The notes beneath the pieces were generated by a model, which was not told the DNA's origin, did not search any database, and saw nothing but the letters and a program-made list of their open reading frames with translations. DNA of 64,000 bases, from assembly GCA_947488305.1 (NCBI GenBank), contig CANKZM010000007.1, positions 134,860-198,859 of the forward strand. Direction: 5' to 3'. This stretch comes from an uncultured Roseobacter sp. GTDB taxonomy: Bacteria; Pseudomonadota; Alphaproteobacteria; Rhodobacterales; Rhodobacteraceae. Made by a program: the position numbers and the translations under genes. Shown here one piece after another: positions 9,574-19,551 of this stretch (positions are counted from its first letter, which is position 1; each line of letters begins with the position of its first letter).

Positions 9574-11355
9574 TCAGAAGTTTGCAACGTCCAGTGCCAT
9601 CACCGGATCCGCGCCGGATTGGATGCGGCTGAGGTGCAATGCAGTCGCAGGCAATTGCCGCGCCATGTAATAGCGTCCTGTCGCGATTTTCGTCTCGTAG
9701 AATGCGGTATCTGATGCGCCGGCAGCAAGTGCAGCCATGGCAGCTTTACCCATTTTAGCCCACATCAGGCCAAGGCAGACATGGCCGAACATATGCATGA
9801 AGTCATAGGATCCCGAGAGCGCATTGTTCGGATTCTTCATGCCATTTTGCATGAAATACATCCCCGCTGCCTGCAGGTCCTTGGACGCGGCCTTCAAGGG
9901 TTCGAGGAAGGCGCTGTCATATTCCGCATCAGCACCGGCGTTGTCCTTGATGAAGCTTTTCACCACGTCAAAGAACGCCATCACGTGCTTGCCGCCGTCC
10001 TGCGCCAGTTTGCGCCCCACCAAGTCAAGGGCCTGCACCCCGTTGGCACCTTCGTAGATCATCGCGATCCGGGCATCCCGAGTGAACTGGGACATTCCCC
10101 ATTCCTCAATATACCCATGCCCGCCATAGACTTGCTGAGCCTTGATGGTCATGTCGTAGCCCTGATCGGTCAGGAAGCCTTTGATGACCGGGGTGAGCAG
10201 GGACACGAGGCCGTCTGCGTCTTTGTCCTCTGATCTGTGAGCGGCGTCGATCATCGTCGCCCCCCACAGCATGAAGGCCCGGGCTCCCTCAACAAAGCTC
10301 TTTTGATCCATCAGGGACCGGCGGATATCGGGATGCACGATCAGCGGGTCTGCGGGTCCATCGGGATTTTTTGTGCCGGTTACATCACGGCCCTGCAAAC
10401 GGTCCTTGGCGTATTCCAGCGCATTCTGGTACGCAACTTCCGCCTGGCTCATGCCTTGCATGCCAACGCCCAGACGCGCTTCGTTCATCATGGTGAACAT
10501 TGCGCGCATACCCTTGTGCTCTTCGCCCAAGAGATACCCGGTCGCACCGTCATAATTCATGACGCAGGTGGAGTTGCCGTGGATACCCATCTTCTCTTCG
10601 ATTTTGCCCACGGCAACGCCATTCCGCTCTCCCAGGGAACCGTCATCTTTGACCATGTATTTCGGCACGATAAAGAGCGACACGCCCTTGATCCCTTCCG
10701 GGCCACCACTGATCTTGGCGAGTACCAGATGAATGATGTTATCGGACATGTCGTGCTCACCCGCCGAGATGAAGATCTTCTGACCGGTGATTTTGTAGCT
10801 GCCATCTGCCTGCGGTTCCGCTTTGGTGCGCATCAGGCCCAAGTCCGTTCCGCAATGTGGCTCGGTCAGGTTCATGGTGCCGGTCCACTGACAGGAAACC
10901 ATGTTTGGCAGGTATGTGTCTTTCTGCTCCTGCGATCCATGCGCAAGAATGGCGGATGCTGCACCATGCGTGAGGCCATGATACATTGTGAAAGCCATGT
11001 TGGATGCCGAGAACATCTCGCCAACCGCAGTCCCAATGACGCAAGGCATGTTTTGCCCGCCAAATTCTTCGGGCATATCCAGTCCCGGCCATCCGCCTTC
11101 GCGGATCTGATCAAAGGCGGCCTTGAAGCCCGTGGGTGTCCGCACCACGCCATTCTCAAGAGTGCAGCCTTCAGTGTCACCAACCACGTTCAGGGGGGCC
11201 AATACTTCAGACGACAGCTTGCCAGCTTCTTCGAGGATGGCAGATGTGAAATCCGCATCAAGGTCCTCATAGCCCGGTATCGATTGTTCTGTAACGTTCA
11301 GAACATCGTGCAAAACGAATTGCATGTCTTTGGTCGGGGCGATGTAGCTTGGCAT
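9574..11355 (-). CDS. long-type acyl-CoA dehydrogenase (about 593 aa, with C-terminal extension domain)
   Basis: [19 protein letters not shown]..., [10 protein letters not shown], and [17 protein letters not shown] 11355 is preceded by an AGGGAGAAAC Shine-Dalgarno sequence; the track start 11442 is rejected. Confidence 0.9.
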   Translation of the reverse strand: MPSYIAPTKDMQFVLHDVLNVTEQSIPGYEDLDADFTSAILEEAGKLSSEVLAPLNVVGDTEGCTLENGVVRTPTGFKAAFDQIREGGWPGLDMPEEFGGQNMPCVIGTAVGEMFSASNMAFTMYHGLTHGAASAILAHGSQEQKDTYLPNMVSCQWTGTMNLTEPHCGTDLGLMRTKAEPQADGSYKITGQKIFISAGEHDMSDNIIHLVLAKISGGPEGIKGVSLFIVPKYMVKDDGSLGERNGVAVGKIEEKMGIHGNSTCVMNYDGATGYLLGEEHKGMRAMFTMMNEARLGVGMQGMSQAEVAYQNALEYAKDRLQGRDVTGTKNPDGPADPLIVHPDIRRSLMDQKSFVEGARAFMLWGATMIDAAHRSEDKDADGLVSLLTPVIKGFLTDQGYDMTIKAQQVYGGHGYIEEWGMSQFTRDARIAMIYEGANGVQALDLVGRKLAQDGGKHVMAFFDVVKSFIKDNAGADAEYDSAFLEPLKAASKDLQAAGMYFMQNGMKNPNNALSGSYDFMHMFGHVCLGLMWAKMGKAAMAALAAGASDTAFYETKIATGRYYMARQLPATALHLSRIQSGADPVMALDVANF

Positions 11356-11387
11356 GAGTTTCTCCCTTAGGTGGACGGGCCTTGAGG

Positions 11388-11789
11388 TTATTGAGCGGCG
11401 TCTTGTGGTCTGCGCATGGAAGCGATCATGTCTTCGCCCCACTTGAGCTGTTCTCTCAGATCTCCGATCGCCTGGTCGAGGTCTTCGCGCTGTCGGATCA
11501 GGTCGGCGAGCCGTTCCTGTGCGATTTCGAACGCACGTTCCAGCTGCGTCAATTGCTGGTCGCCGATGTCATAGAGATCGAGCAACTGGCGGATCTGTTC
11601 GAGGCTGAAGCCAAAGCGCTTGCCCCGCAGGATAAGTTTGAGCCGGGCGCGGTCGCGTCTTGTGAAAAGTCGCTTCTGACCTTCGCGAATTGGAAACAGT
11701 AGTTCTTTTGATTCATAAAAGCGCAGCGTGCGTGGTGTGACATCAAAGGCGTCACACATCTGGCGTATTGTCATTGTTTCATCGGTCAT
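11388..11789 (-). CDS. MerR family transcriptional regulator (LiuR-like)
   Basis: N-terminal [29 protein letters not shown] plus a coiled-coil C-terminus. It is first in the acyl-CoA dehydrogenase operon. Confidence 0.88.
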   Translation of the reverse strand: MTDETMTIRQMCDAFDVTPRTLRFYESKELLFPIREGQKRLFTRRDRARLKLILRGKRFGFSLEQIRQLLDLYDIGDQQLTQLERAFEIAQERLADLIRQREDLDQAIGDLREQLKWGEDMIASMRRPQDAAQ

Positions 11790-11861
11790 CGATCTGTTCT
11801 CTCATCGTCTGGATGATGCGCAGGTATGAAGTCTGGCCCCTGCTACAATAAGTTTGATGGT

Positions 11862-11884
11862 TTACGTAAGTTGGACGTTACGTC
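11862..11884. promoter_or_regulatory. candidate MerR-type operator: TTACGTAA (11862-11869) plus GACGTTACGTC (11874-11884)
   Basis: Two adjacent ACGT-core palindromes lie 73-95 nt upstream of the MerR gene start (11789). Coordinates were anchored on flanking ORF-track codons. Confidence 0.35.
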
Positions 11885-12296
11885 ACTTCAGTAGCGATTT
11901 TGGGAAGCCGATTTTCAAGGGGAATTCCCGCGCATTTGCAACCATGTGAAGAATCTTGAACGGGACATCAGATCAGAATTTGACTGCCATGATGTTGGTT
12001 TTCTGGCGCCAGACCAGTTGTCCAGCGCCCAGCCCAGCCCATTGCCATTGTGCACACAACGGATGCAATTCGGCGTTAGTCTGTTGTTTTGGCTTGGAAT
12101 TCGTGTCCAGTAAAATTTCAAAGCGACGGCAGGATTGTCGCGCCGGCCGCCAACTCTAGTTGCCCGAAAAACTGAACAATGACGGGTCACATACAACCTT
12201 GCTCAAGGGCGCGCGGCACGTGTTCGACGGTTGGACGGAACAGAGAATTACCGTCTACATGACGTGACGTTCGCGCAGCGACCTGTCTCAGTGCTG

Positions 12297-12668
12297 TCAG
12301 TCTTTCAGGACAGAGGCCGTATCGTCGCGGAGCTTTTTTAACTCGCGAATGGCTTCTTCAAGCTGGGCGCGTTCCTCTGCGAGCTGCTCGAGTTGTTCAT
12401 CCGCCAGCGTGATCCATTTGCGCATCTGAACATCCGTGCCTTCGTTTTCATAGATCAGAAGCCACTGCCGGATATCCTCAAGCTGAAAGCCGAACTTGCG
12501 GCCCCGCAATATCAGCTTCATTCGCGCCCGTTCGCGGGGGCCATAAAAACGTGACCGGCCTTCGCGGTCTGGCTGCAGCAATTCGATGTATTCATAGTAC
12601 CGCAGGGTTCGCGGTGTGACGTCGAATGCTGCGCACATTTCTTTGAACGTCAAACGATCGGATGTCAT
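12297..12668 (-). CDS. MerR family transcriptional regulator (paralog of 11388..11789)
   Basis: [26 protein letters not shown]...RARMKLILRGRKFGFQLEDIRQWL. ATG 12668 (MTSDRL) is preceded by a GGGAGAGAAGGA Shine-Dalgarno sequence. It is divergent from the thioesterase genes. Confidence 0.85.
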   Translation of the reverse strand: MTSDRLTFKEMCAAFDVTPRTLRYYEYIELLQPDREGRSRFYGPRERARMKLILRGRKFGFQLEDIRQWLLIYENEGTDVQMRKWITLADEQLEQLAEERAQLEEAIRELKKLRDDTASVLKD

Positions 12669-12797
12669 TGTCCTTCTCTCCCTTGGTGCTACGCTAGGAC
12701 GCAACGAGAGCGAGCGCAACAGTCGCCCTTGCCCTTCGGCAACGACTGGTATGATAAGGGGCAGGTTTGGAATTCAAAGAACAGCGCAGGACCAGGA

Positions 12798-13220
12798 ATG
12801 GCTGACAAAGAGAAGATCGCACGACAGTTCATCGAGGCCATCCCTCATAGCAGAGCATTGGGTATGCGGCTTGCCGATATGGCCGATGGCAAGGCCACCA
12901 TTGATATGCCGTTTGATGAGAAGCTTGTGGGTGATCCTGAAACCGGCGTGATCCACGGCGGCGCGGTATCGGCTCTTATGGATACCTGTTGCGGAGCAGC
13001 TGTGATGTGCCACCCGGACAACCTGGGCAGTACGGCGACGATCGATTTGCGTATCGACTATATGCGGGCCGCGACACCGGGCCAGCGCATCCGGGCACAT
13101 GCGGAATGCTATCATGTGACCCGCAGCGTGGCCTTCGTCCGTGCGACGGCAACGGATGAGGACGCCGAAAATCCGGTCGCGGCGGCTACCGGCGCCTTCA
13201 CGGTGGAGGGCGCGAAATGA
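12798..13220 (+). CDS. PaaI-family hotdog-fold thioesterase
   Basis: IPHSRALGMRL...GVIHGGAVSALMDTCCGAAV is typical of PaaI/YdiI-type thioesterases. ATG 12798 (MADKEK). Confidence 0.8.
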   Translation: MADKEKIARQFIEAIPHSRALGMRLADMADGKATIDMPFDEKLVGDPETGVIHGGAVSALMDTCCGAAVMCHPDNLGSTATIDLRIDYMRAATPGQRIRAHAECYHVTRSVAFVRATATDEDAENPVAAATGAFTVEGAK

Positions 13221-13732
13221 GAGCGCCACGACGTCCGCCCGAACCCGTACAGGTCGTCAAACAGCGTCGAGACGCGACCTTGCGCGCGTTGGTGGACGGC
13301 GTTCCCTACATTCAGTTTCTCGGTATTGAGTTCGAAAGGCGCGGGGATGAACTCACGGGCATCTTGCCGTTTGATCAAAAGTTGATCGGCAACCCGTTGT
13401 TGCCAGCCATCCATGGTGGCGTAACCGCGGCGTTTTTGGAGGTGACGTCGATCATAACGCTCAGCTGGACCTATCTTTGGAAAGACGTGGAGTCCGGGGC
13501 GATCGACGCTGAAGGGCTCGCGAAAGGTGGTATGCCAAGGTTGCCCAAGACGATCGACATTTCGACCGATTATCTGAGATCGGGCTTGCCACGCGACGCC
13601 TATGCGCGCGCCCGCATCGTTCGTTCTGGTCGGCGTTACGCCAGCGTGCACGTCGAGGCTTGGCAGGACAACCGGGACCGTCTGTTTGCACAGGCGACCG
13701 GGCATTTTCTGATGCCAGAGCGACGTGAGTAG
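13217..13732 (+). CDS. PaaI-family hotdog-fold thioesterase (second copy)
   Basis: VPYIQFLGIEF...PAIHGGVTAAFLEVTS. Start overlaps the previous stop (ATGA). Confidence 0.75.
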   Translation: MRAPRRPPEPVQVVKQRRDATLRALVDGVPYIQFLGIEFERRGDELTGILPFDQKLIGNPLLPAIHGGVTAAFLEVTSIITLSWTYLWKDVESGAIDAEGLAKGGMPRLPKTIDISTDYLRSGLPRDAYARARIVRSGRRYASVHVEAWQDNRDRLFAQATGHFLMPERRE

Positions 13733-15056
13733 CACTGTCGAAGCAGCTACTGCCAACATTTCCCACCGGCGCGTACTGAAGATCGCGCTGCCGATTGTTT
13801 TGTCTAACGCGACGGTTCCGATCCTTGGAGCGGTTGATGTGGGTGTCGTGGGTCAGCTGGGCGAGGCGGCGCCGATTGGTGCGGTGGCACTTGGCGCGAT
13901 CATACTGTCGTCCCTGTACTGGGTCTTCGGCTTCCTGCGTATGGGGACCGTTGGTTTGGTCGGACAAGCCGAGGGATCTGGTGACACGGCCGAAGTCTCA
14001 GCCTGGCTGACCCGCGCGCTTGTTGTGGCGCTCATCGGTGGCGTTGCGCTTATTACGCTACAACCCCTTGTCATCTGGGCGTCCTTGCAACTGGCTCCCG
14101 CAAGCGAGGAGGTCGAAGATCTCGCCCGCCAGTACCTGACAATCCGGATCTGGACGGCACCTGCCGCCATCGCGGTATTTGCGCTGACCGGTTGGCTCGT
14201 GGCGATGGAGCGCACCATCGCCGTCTTCTGGGTCCAGCTTGTAATGAATGGCGTGAACATTGCGCTCGATCTGTTGTTCGTGCTGGTGCTTGACTGGGGC
14301 GTACCAGGTGTTGCCGTGGCAACCGCCATCGCAGAAACCACCGGTGCCGCATTAGGGTTGTGGTTTTGCCGGTCGGCGTTCTTGCAGCCTGCCTGGCGTG
14401 ACTGGTCTCGTATCTTCGACCGGGCAAAACTTGTGCGTATGGCACTGCTCAATACAGATATCTTTCTGCGATCAGCGATGCTCATGATCATCTTCACATC
14501 ATTTGTTTTCATTGGTGCGCGATTTGGGGACGTGACACTCGCCGCGAACGAGATCCTTGCCCAGTTCATGCACATCACTGCCTACGCGATGGATGGATTT
14601 GCCTTTTCCGCCGAGACGCTGATTGCAAGGGCTTATGGAAAGCGCGACCCCGCCCAAGTGCGCCGCAGTGCTTTCGTAACCTCCTTCTGGGGCCTTGTTG
14701 TCGGCATCACGATGGCCATCGGATTCGCACTGGTCGGCGCGTGGTTGATCGAAGTGATGGCGAAAGATGTTGAGGTTCAGCAGACTGCGCGACAGTTCCT
14801 GCCGTATATGGTCGCAGCGCCACTAATTGGATGTGCCGCCTGGATGCTGGACGGTATCTTCATCGGTGCAACCCGCAGCCGGGACATGCGCAACATGATG
14901 GCCCTGAGCTTCGTGATCTACTGGCTTGCCATATTCCTGCTTCTGCCAATTTACGGAAATCACGGGCTTTGGGTGGCTCTGCTGATTTCCTTTGCGGTAC
15001 GTGGCTTGTCGTTGGGCTTAAAGTACCCAGCGTTAGAACGTGATGCCGCAGCCTGA
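13725..15056 (+). CDS. MATE family efflux transporter
   Basis: 443 aa, about 12 hydrophobic helices. The N-terminal RRVLKIALPIVLSNATVPILGAVD is typical of MATE. GTG start overlaps the thioesterase stop. Confidence 0.88.
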   Translation: MSSTVEAATANISHRRVLKIALPIVLSNATVPILGAVDVGVVGQLGEAAPIGAVALGAIILSSLYWVFGFLRMGTVGLVGQAEGSGDTAEVSAWLTRALVVALIGGVALITLQPLVIWASLQLAPASEEVEDLARQYLTIRIWTAPAAIAVFALTGWLVAMERTIAVFWVQLVMNGVNIALDLLFVLVLDWGVPGVAVATAIAETTGAALGLWFCRSAFLQPAWRDWSRIFDRAKLVRMALLNTDIFLRSAMLMIIFTSFVFIGARFGDVTLAANEILAQFMHITAYAMDGFAFSAETLIARAYGKRDPAQVRRSAFVTSFWGLVVGITMAIGFALVGAWLIEVMAKDVEVQQTARQFLPYMVAAPLIGCAAWMLDGIFIGATRSRDMRNMMALSFVIYWLAIFLLLPIYGNHGLWVALLISFAVRGLSLGLKYPALERDAAA

Positions 15057-15082
15057 GCCAAAGGCTAGTGTCACCGTTTCAG

Positions 15083-16126
15083 TTATAGCCATCGCTCAAA
15101 ATCTGACCCGCAGGCTTCGCTGACAGAGGCGAAGCCGTCCTTTGCCAGCAAGCTGTCGACCTCATCCGCAATGCGCGCGGCCAGTGAAAGCCCGCCAAAA
15201 ACCATGCCTGTATACAGCTGAACAGCCGACGCGCCCGCGCGTATCTTGGCGTAGGCCTGCGCACCACTCGCAACGCCGCCAACACCGATCAGTGGAACAT
15301 CTGTCAGCGTCGAAAGCCGCGCCAAGACCCGCGTCGATTTTTCGAACAGGGGCTGTCCGGAAAGACCGCCCGGTTCTTCCCCATGGCGGCTTTGCAGCCC
15401 GGTCCGGTCCAAAGTTGTGTTTGTTGCAATGATGGCGGCGACACCTGTCGCCTCAGCCACTTGCGCGACATCGGCTAATTCGCCATCCGAGAGGTCCGGC
15501 GCGATCTTGAGGAAGACCGGCGTTGAGCCGCGTACCTGCATCACTCCCTCCAAAAGGGCCTTCAGCGCGTCCGCGCCCTGCAGGTCGCGAAGCTTTTCGG
15601 TGTTGGGGGAGGACACATTGACCGTCGCAAAATCCACATCTGCGCCCAGATGCTGCATCACCTTGGCAAAATCAGCAGCCCGGTCAGGGCTCGTTTTGTT
15701 TGCGCCCAAGTTTATGCCTACTGGAATATCTGTCGAAGTTGCAATCAAACGCTCTCTGATAATTTCCATGCCGTCATTGTTAAAGCCGAACCGGTTGATC
15801 GCTGCCTTGTCTTCGGCCAGTCGGAACAACCTTGGTTTGGGATTGCCCGGTTGGGGCAGGGGCGTCGCGGCGCCAACCTCCAGAAAACCGAAACCGGACA
15901 TGGAAAGGGGACCGATTGCCTCTGCATTCTTGTCAAAACCAGCGGCCAGACCGATCGGGTTCGGCAATTGCAGTCCCGCGAGTGTTGTCTTCAGCCGGGC
16001 AGATGTAACTGGCCCCGGACGTGGAGCAAGACCCATGTTCAGCGCCTTGAGCGCCAACCCATGCGCTTTTTCAGGGTCGATCTGCCGTAAGAGACCAAGC
16101 CCCATGTTTTCCATCAGGCGGTTCAT
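15083..16126 (-). CDS. pyrD: dihydroorotate dehydrogenase (quinone), class 2
   Basis: [55 protein letters not shown], and IGVGGV. Start is uncertain: ATG 16126 avoids overlap with DUF952; TTG 16165, ATG 16114 and ATG 16105 are alternatives. Confidence 0.9.
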   Translation of the reverse strand: MNRLMENMGLGLLRQIDPEKAHGLALKALNMGLAPRPGPVTSARLKTTLAGLQLPNPIGLAAGFDKNAEAIGPLSMSGFGFLEVGAATPLPQPGNPKPRLFRLAEDKAAINRFGFNNDGMEIIRERLIATSTDIPVGINLGANKTSPDRAADFAKVMQHLGADVDFATVNVSSPNTEKLRDLQGADALKALLEGVMQVRGSTPVFLKIAPDLSDGELADVAQVAEATGVAAIIATNTTLDRTGLQSRHGEEPGGLSGQPLFEKSTRVLARLSTLTDVPLIGVGGVASGAQAYAKIRAGASAVQLYTGMVFGGLSLAARIADEVDSLLAKDGFASVSEACGSDFERWL

Positions 16127-16136
16127 AAGTCGCGCG

Positions 16137-16490
16137 TCATTCAGCGCAGGCTTCGTCGAGTCCAACTGGAAACTGATGCGTTCCGTTCACCAGCGGCAGC
16201 GGTTGGGCCCACGCCACGTCGTCTAAGCGCAGAGGACGATAGAGGTGTGGGAACAACTGATCACCGCGAGAGACTTCCCATTTCAAAGACGTGTCCAAAC
16301 GGTCAGTGTCAACGCCAAGAAGCATCAGATCAGTTTCGCCTGAAAAGTGCTTTGCAGCAGTCTCCGCTGCCTGTTTTGCAGTGGAGAAATGAACAAATCC
16401 ATCTGCGATATCGATGGGTGCCCCCGGCGACGCGCCGTCACGGCGCAACGCCGCCCATTCGTCGGCTCTGAAAATCTTGAGTATGATCAT
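16137..16490 (-). CDS. DUF952 domain-containing protein
   Basis: [19 protein letters not shown]...FVHFSTAKQ...LFPHLYRPL matches the DUF952 pattern (about 117 aa). ATG 16502 (MTTRMIIL) is an alternative start. The 280-aa track ORF is an upstream over-extension. Confidence 0.7.
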   Translation of the reverse strand: MIILKIFRADEWAALRRDGASPGAPIDIADGFVHFSTAKQAAETAAKHFSGETDLMLLGVDTDRLDTSLKWEVSRGDQLFPHLYRPLRLDDVAWAQPLPLVNGTHQFPVGLDEACAE

Positions 16491-16625
16491 GCGCGTGGTC
16501 ATGCCTTGGGCAGTCAAACGCGTCAAGGGGGGCTGGAGCGAAAGTCCACACCAACCGGTTGAAAGAGGCTTTGACAGTCCCGGGCCAGCGGGCCACCATA
16601 CACCCAGAGTTCTTTCGAGGGGAAA

Positions 16626-18185
16626 ATGATGAAACGATTCCTGACAGCAACGGCGCTTATGGCCGTGACGGCGGGCATGGCGGCGGCCGAATACAACCTG
16701 ACCATCCTGCACACCAATGATTTCCACGCACGGTTCGAGCCGATCAGCAAATATGACAGCGGCTGCTCTGCCGAAGATGACGCGGCGGGCGAGTGTTTTG
16801 GCGGCTCGGCCCGACTGGTGACGGCAATTGCCGATGCCCGCTCCCGCAGCAACAACGCGATCCTTGTCGATGGTGGCGATCAGTTCCAGGGCACTTTGTT
16901 CTACACCTACTATAAAGGTGCGCTGGCTGCCGAAATGATGAACAAGCTTGGCTATGACGCGATGACCGTGGGGAACCATGAATTCGATGATGGGCCGGAG
17001 GTGCTGCGCGGGTTTATGGATGCCGTAAATTTCCCGGTTCTGATGTCAAATGCGGACGTGACACGCGAGCCGTTGCTTGCGGATAACCTCCCAAAATCCG
17101 TAGTGATTGAACGCGGCGGCGAAAAGCTGGGCCTGATCGGTCTGACACCGGAAGATACAGATGAGCTGGCCTCACCCGGTGACAATATCACCTTTTCCGA
17201 CCCGGTCGCGGCGGTTCAGGGTGAGGTCGACAAACTCACGGCAGAAGGTGTGAACAAGATCATTGTTCTGAGCCACTCAGGCTATGGTGTCGATCAGCGG
17301 GTGGCAGCTGAAACAACTGGTGTTGATGTCATTGTAGGCGGGCATTCCAACTCCCTTTTGTCTAATACCAATGACCGGGCTGACGGACCTTACCCGACAA
17401 TGGTCGGCAATACAGCGATTGTTCAGGCCTATGCCTATGGCAAGTTCCTTGGGGAATTGAACGTCAGTTTTGATGACGAGGGCAATATCACTGAGGCTGT
17501 TGGCGAGCCGCTGATCATGGATGCCTCCGTCAGCGCAGACGAAGCGACTGCGGCGCGGATCGCGGAAGCGGCTGCACCGCTGGACGAGATCCGCAACAAG
17601 GTTGTCGCCGAGACAGCTCAGGAAATTGTTGGTGTCCGCGAGGAATGCCGTGCCAAGGAATGCGCCATGGGTAACCTGATTGCCGACGCGATGCTTGATC
17701 GTGTGAAGGATCAAGGCATCGACATTGCGATCCAGAATGGCGGCGGCATCCGCGCAAGTATTGATGCGGGTGAAGTCACCATGGGCGAGGTGCTTACTGT
17801 TTTGCCGTTCCAGAACACACTCAGCACTTTCGAGGTCACCGGGGCCACGATCCTCGCAGCACTTGAGAATGGCGTGAGCCAGCACGAAGAGGGGGCAGGT
17901 CGCTTTCCGCAGGTCGCCGGGATGAGCTATGCCTTCGATATCGCGCAGCCGGCGGGCAGCCGAGTAAGCGATGTCATGATTGGCAATGCGCCGCTAGATC
18001 CCGAAAAGGTCTATGGAGTTGTCTCGAATAACTACGTGCGTAACGGAGGCGACGGCTATGACATGTTCAAGGACGCGATGAACGCTTACGACTTCGGTCC
18101 TGACCTAGCGGATGTCACAGCGGAATTCATTGCCGCCAATGCGCCCTACACGCCTTACAAGGATGGTCGTATCACGATGAAGTAA
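16626..18185 (+). CDS. bifunctional metallophosphatase / 5'-nucleotidase, secreted
   Basis: Signal peptide MMKRFLTATALMAVTAGMAAA, metallophosphatase motifs ILHTNDFH, GGDQFQG and GNHEFD, and a C-terminal 5'-nucleotidase domain. Confidence 0.9.
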   Translation: MMKRFLTATALMAVTAGMAAAEYNLTILHTNDFHARFEPISKYDSGCSAEDDAAGECFGGSARLVTAIADARSRSNNAILVDGGDQFQGTLFYTYYKGALAAEMMNKLGYDAMTVGNHEFDDGPEVLRGFMDAVNFPVLMSNADVTREPLLADNLPKSVVIERGGEKLGLIGLTPEDTDELASPGDNITFSDPVAAVQGEVDKLTAEGVNKIIVLSHSGYGVDQRVAAETTGVDVIVGGHSNSLLSNTNDRADGPYPTMVGNTAIVQAYAYGKFLGELNVSFDDEGNITEAVGEPLIMDASVSADEATAARIAEAAAPLDEIRNKVVAETAQEIVGVREECRAKECAMGNLIADAMLDRVKDQGIDIAIQNGGGIRASIDAGEVTMGEVLTVLPFQNTLSTFEVTGATILAALENGVSQHEEGAGRFPQVAGMSYAFDIAQPAGSRVSDVMIGNAPLDPEKVYGVVSNNYVRNGGDGYDMFKDAMNAYDFGPDLADVTAEFIAANAPYTPYKDGRITMK

Positions 18186-18206
18186 ACTAACGCGGGTTGG
18201 TTTTTG

Positions 18207-18240
18207 ACGCGGTCGGCGCTCCTGCTGGCCGCGTTTTTTT
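18207..18240 (+). terminator. rho-independent terminator after the 5'-nucleotidase gene
   Basis: ACGCGG(18207-18212)...CCGCGT(18229-18234) stem with inner G-C and G-U pairs, followed by a T-run to 18240. Confidence 0.6.
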
Positions 18241-18280
18241 GTGGCTGGTCGTGTTCTCGCAGGCAGGTTAAATTTCATCC

Positions 18281-18952
18281 ATGTGTGGACGTATCGTCAG
18301 TTTATTGCCCATTGACGCGATGGCGCAGCTTTTCGCTGCTCAGCCGGACAATAACCTTCCTGATGTGCCCAACTATAATGTCTGCCCGACAAACTCGATC
18401 CATGTAGTCACCGGTGGCCCGGACGAACCACGACGCCTTACATCGATGCGCTGGGGATTTATTCCGCGCTGGTACAAGAAACCAAATGGGGGGCCGTTGC
18501 TTATCAATGCGCGTTCAGAGACCATCGCCGAGAAGCCCGCGTTCCGCGACGCGGCACGTCAGAGACGCGCATTGGTTATCGCCAGCGGGTTCTATGAATG
18601 GACCAAAACGCCAGAGGGCGCGCGGGACCCATGGTATATACAACCCGCCTCGGACGACTTGATCGCGATGGCGGCAATCTGGCAGTATTGGACCAACGCG
18701 GAGGGGGAGCAACTGCGGACATGTGCGATTGTGACGACCGCCGCAAACGAGACAATGCGCAAGATCCATCACCGTATGCCAGTCATCCTAAACCGAGAAG
18801 ACTGGCCGCTTTGGCTGGGCGAGGCCGGGCACGGTGCGGCAACTCTGATGCGCGCTGCGAACGACGAATTGCTACGTTTTCATAGGGTGGATAGGGCCGT
18901 CAATTCCAACCGTGCCTCTGGTCCGTCATTGATTGAGCCGATTGAAACCTGA
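18281..18952 (+). CDS. SOS response-associated peptidase (SRAP/YedK family)
   Basis: N-terminal MCGR (catalytic Cys2), plus WGFIPRWY and FYEW motifs. Confidence 0.88.
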   Translation: MCGRIVSLLPIDAMAQLFAAQPDNNLPDVPNYNVCPTNSIHVVTGGPDEPRRLTSMRWGFIPRWYKKPNGGPLLINARSETIAEKPAFRDAARQRRALVIASGFYEWTKTPEGARDPWYIQPASDDLIAMAAIWQYWTNAEGEQLRTCAIVTTAANETMRKIHHRMPVILNREDWPLWLGEAGHGAATLMRAANDELLRFHRVDRAVNSNRASGPSLIEPIET

Positions 18953-18960
18953 AACAAAAC

Positions 18961-18982
18961 GGCCCCACCTTTCGGCGGGGCC
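18961..18982. terminator. bidirectional stem-loop between convergent genes
   Basis: GGCCCCACC-tttc-GGCGGGGCC (one mismatch) lies between stop 18952 (+) and stop 18990 (-). Confidence 0.5.
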
Positions 18983-18989
18983 ATACTCG

Positions 18990-19343
18990 TTACCGTACCT
19001 CTTCGTCAGCAGCGCTGGATTCATCTAGGAGCAGCTGCCCGACAATCCTTTTTCCTGACATACTCGCGAATTTGCCGATCATGTCCGGCGTAATCGTTAC
19101 CCAAATCGCGTCTCCCGTGGCGATGGATGGTGTCTCCCATACGCCCTCGACGTGAATAATTGCCTTCTCTTGCTTACTTTCGTTGACGAAACGCACGACG
19201 TCCCCGGGCCTCAAGATCGTCGTATCCGGAAAGAAGGCGGTATCCAGAATAATCACTACATGTTCTTCTGCCTGTGCGGTTACCGCGCTGAGCGAGACCG
19301 GTCCGAGGGACAACAAGGATACTAACAACGCGGCTCTAACCAC
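18990..19343 (-). CDS. secreted cupredoxin-like protein lacking obvious copper ligands
   Basis: GTG start. Signal peptide MVRAALLVSLLSLGPVSLSAVTAQA. FFPDTTILRPGDVVRFVNES resembles the cupredoxin N-terminal strands, but there is no Cys and no C-terminal C..H..M ligand set. Confidence 0.5.
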   Translation of the reverse strand: MVRAALLVSLLSLGPVSLSAVTAQAEEHVVIILDTAFFPDTTILRPGDVVRFVNESKQEKAIIHVEGVWETPSIATGDAIWVTITPDMIGKFASMSGKRIVGQLLLDESSAADEEVR

Positions 19344-19551
19344 CTAACAAACAATCCTCAGATCGGTCTCTCTCATTCAGCAGACATCTACTTTCTAATA
19401 GTGGATCAGGACGGAATTAGGCCTCGCCCGTGGCAGGTCAGCGGCAATGGCAACCTGCACAGAGTGTTTCCAAATCCGATATAATCTATGGAATGTGGCC
19501 GGAATGCCCGCGAAACGGGTTTTAATCAATCGATTGGGTCAAAAGCGTGCC

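Noticed and set aside
10237-11370. 377-aa plus-strand ORF opposite the long acyl-CoA dehydrogenase.
   Set aside because: Same reasoning: it is the antisense shadow of a clearly real gene, with no recognisable domain.
11915-12196. ORFs 11915..12196(-) and 11956..12159(+) in the spacer between the MerR genes.
   Set aside because: They overlap each other and have no Shine-Dalgarno sequence. Their sequences are Cys/Arg/Trp-rich and non-protein-like, and the second uses a TTG start.
13112-16226. Antisense ORFs 13112..13759(-), 13853..14578(-) and 15417..16226(+).
   Set aside because: They lie opposite the thioesterase, MATE and pyrD genes respectively. None has motifs and all are low-complexity.
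16491-16979. N-terminal 160 aa of the 280-aa track ORF 16137..16979(-).
   Set aside because: Only the last 117-121 aa match the DUF952 pattern. The upstream part overlaps the divergent 5'-nucleotidase gene start (16626) and looks non-protein-like.
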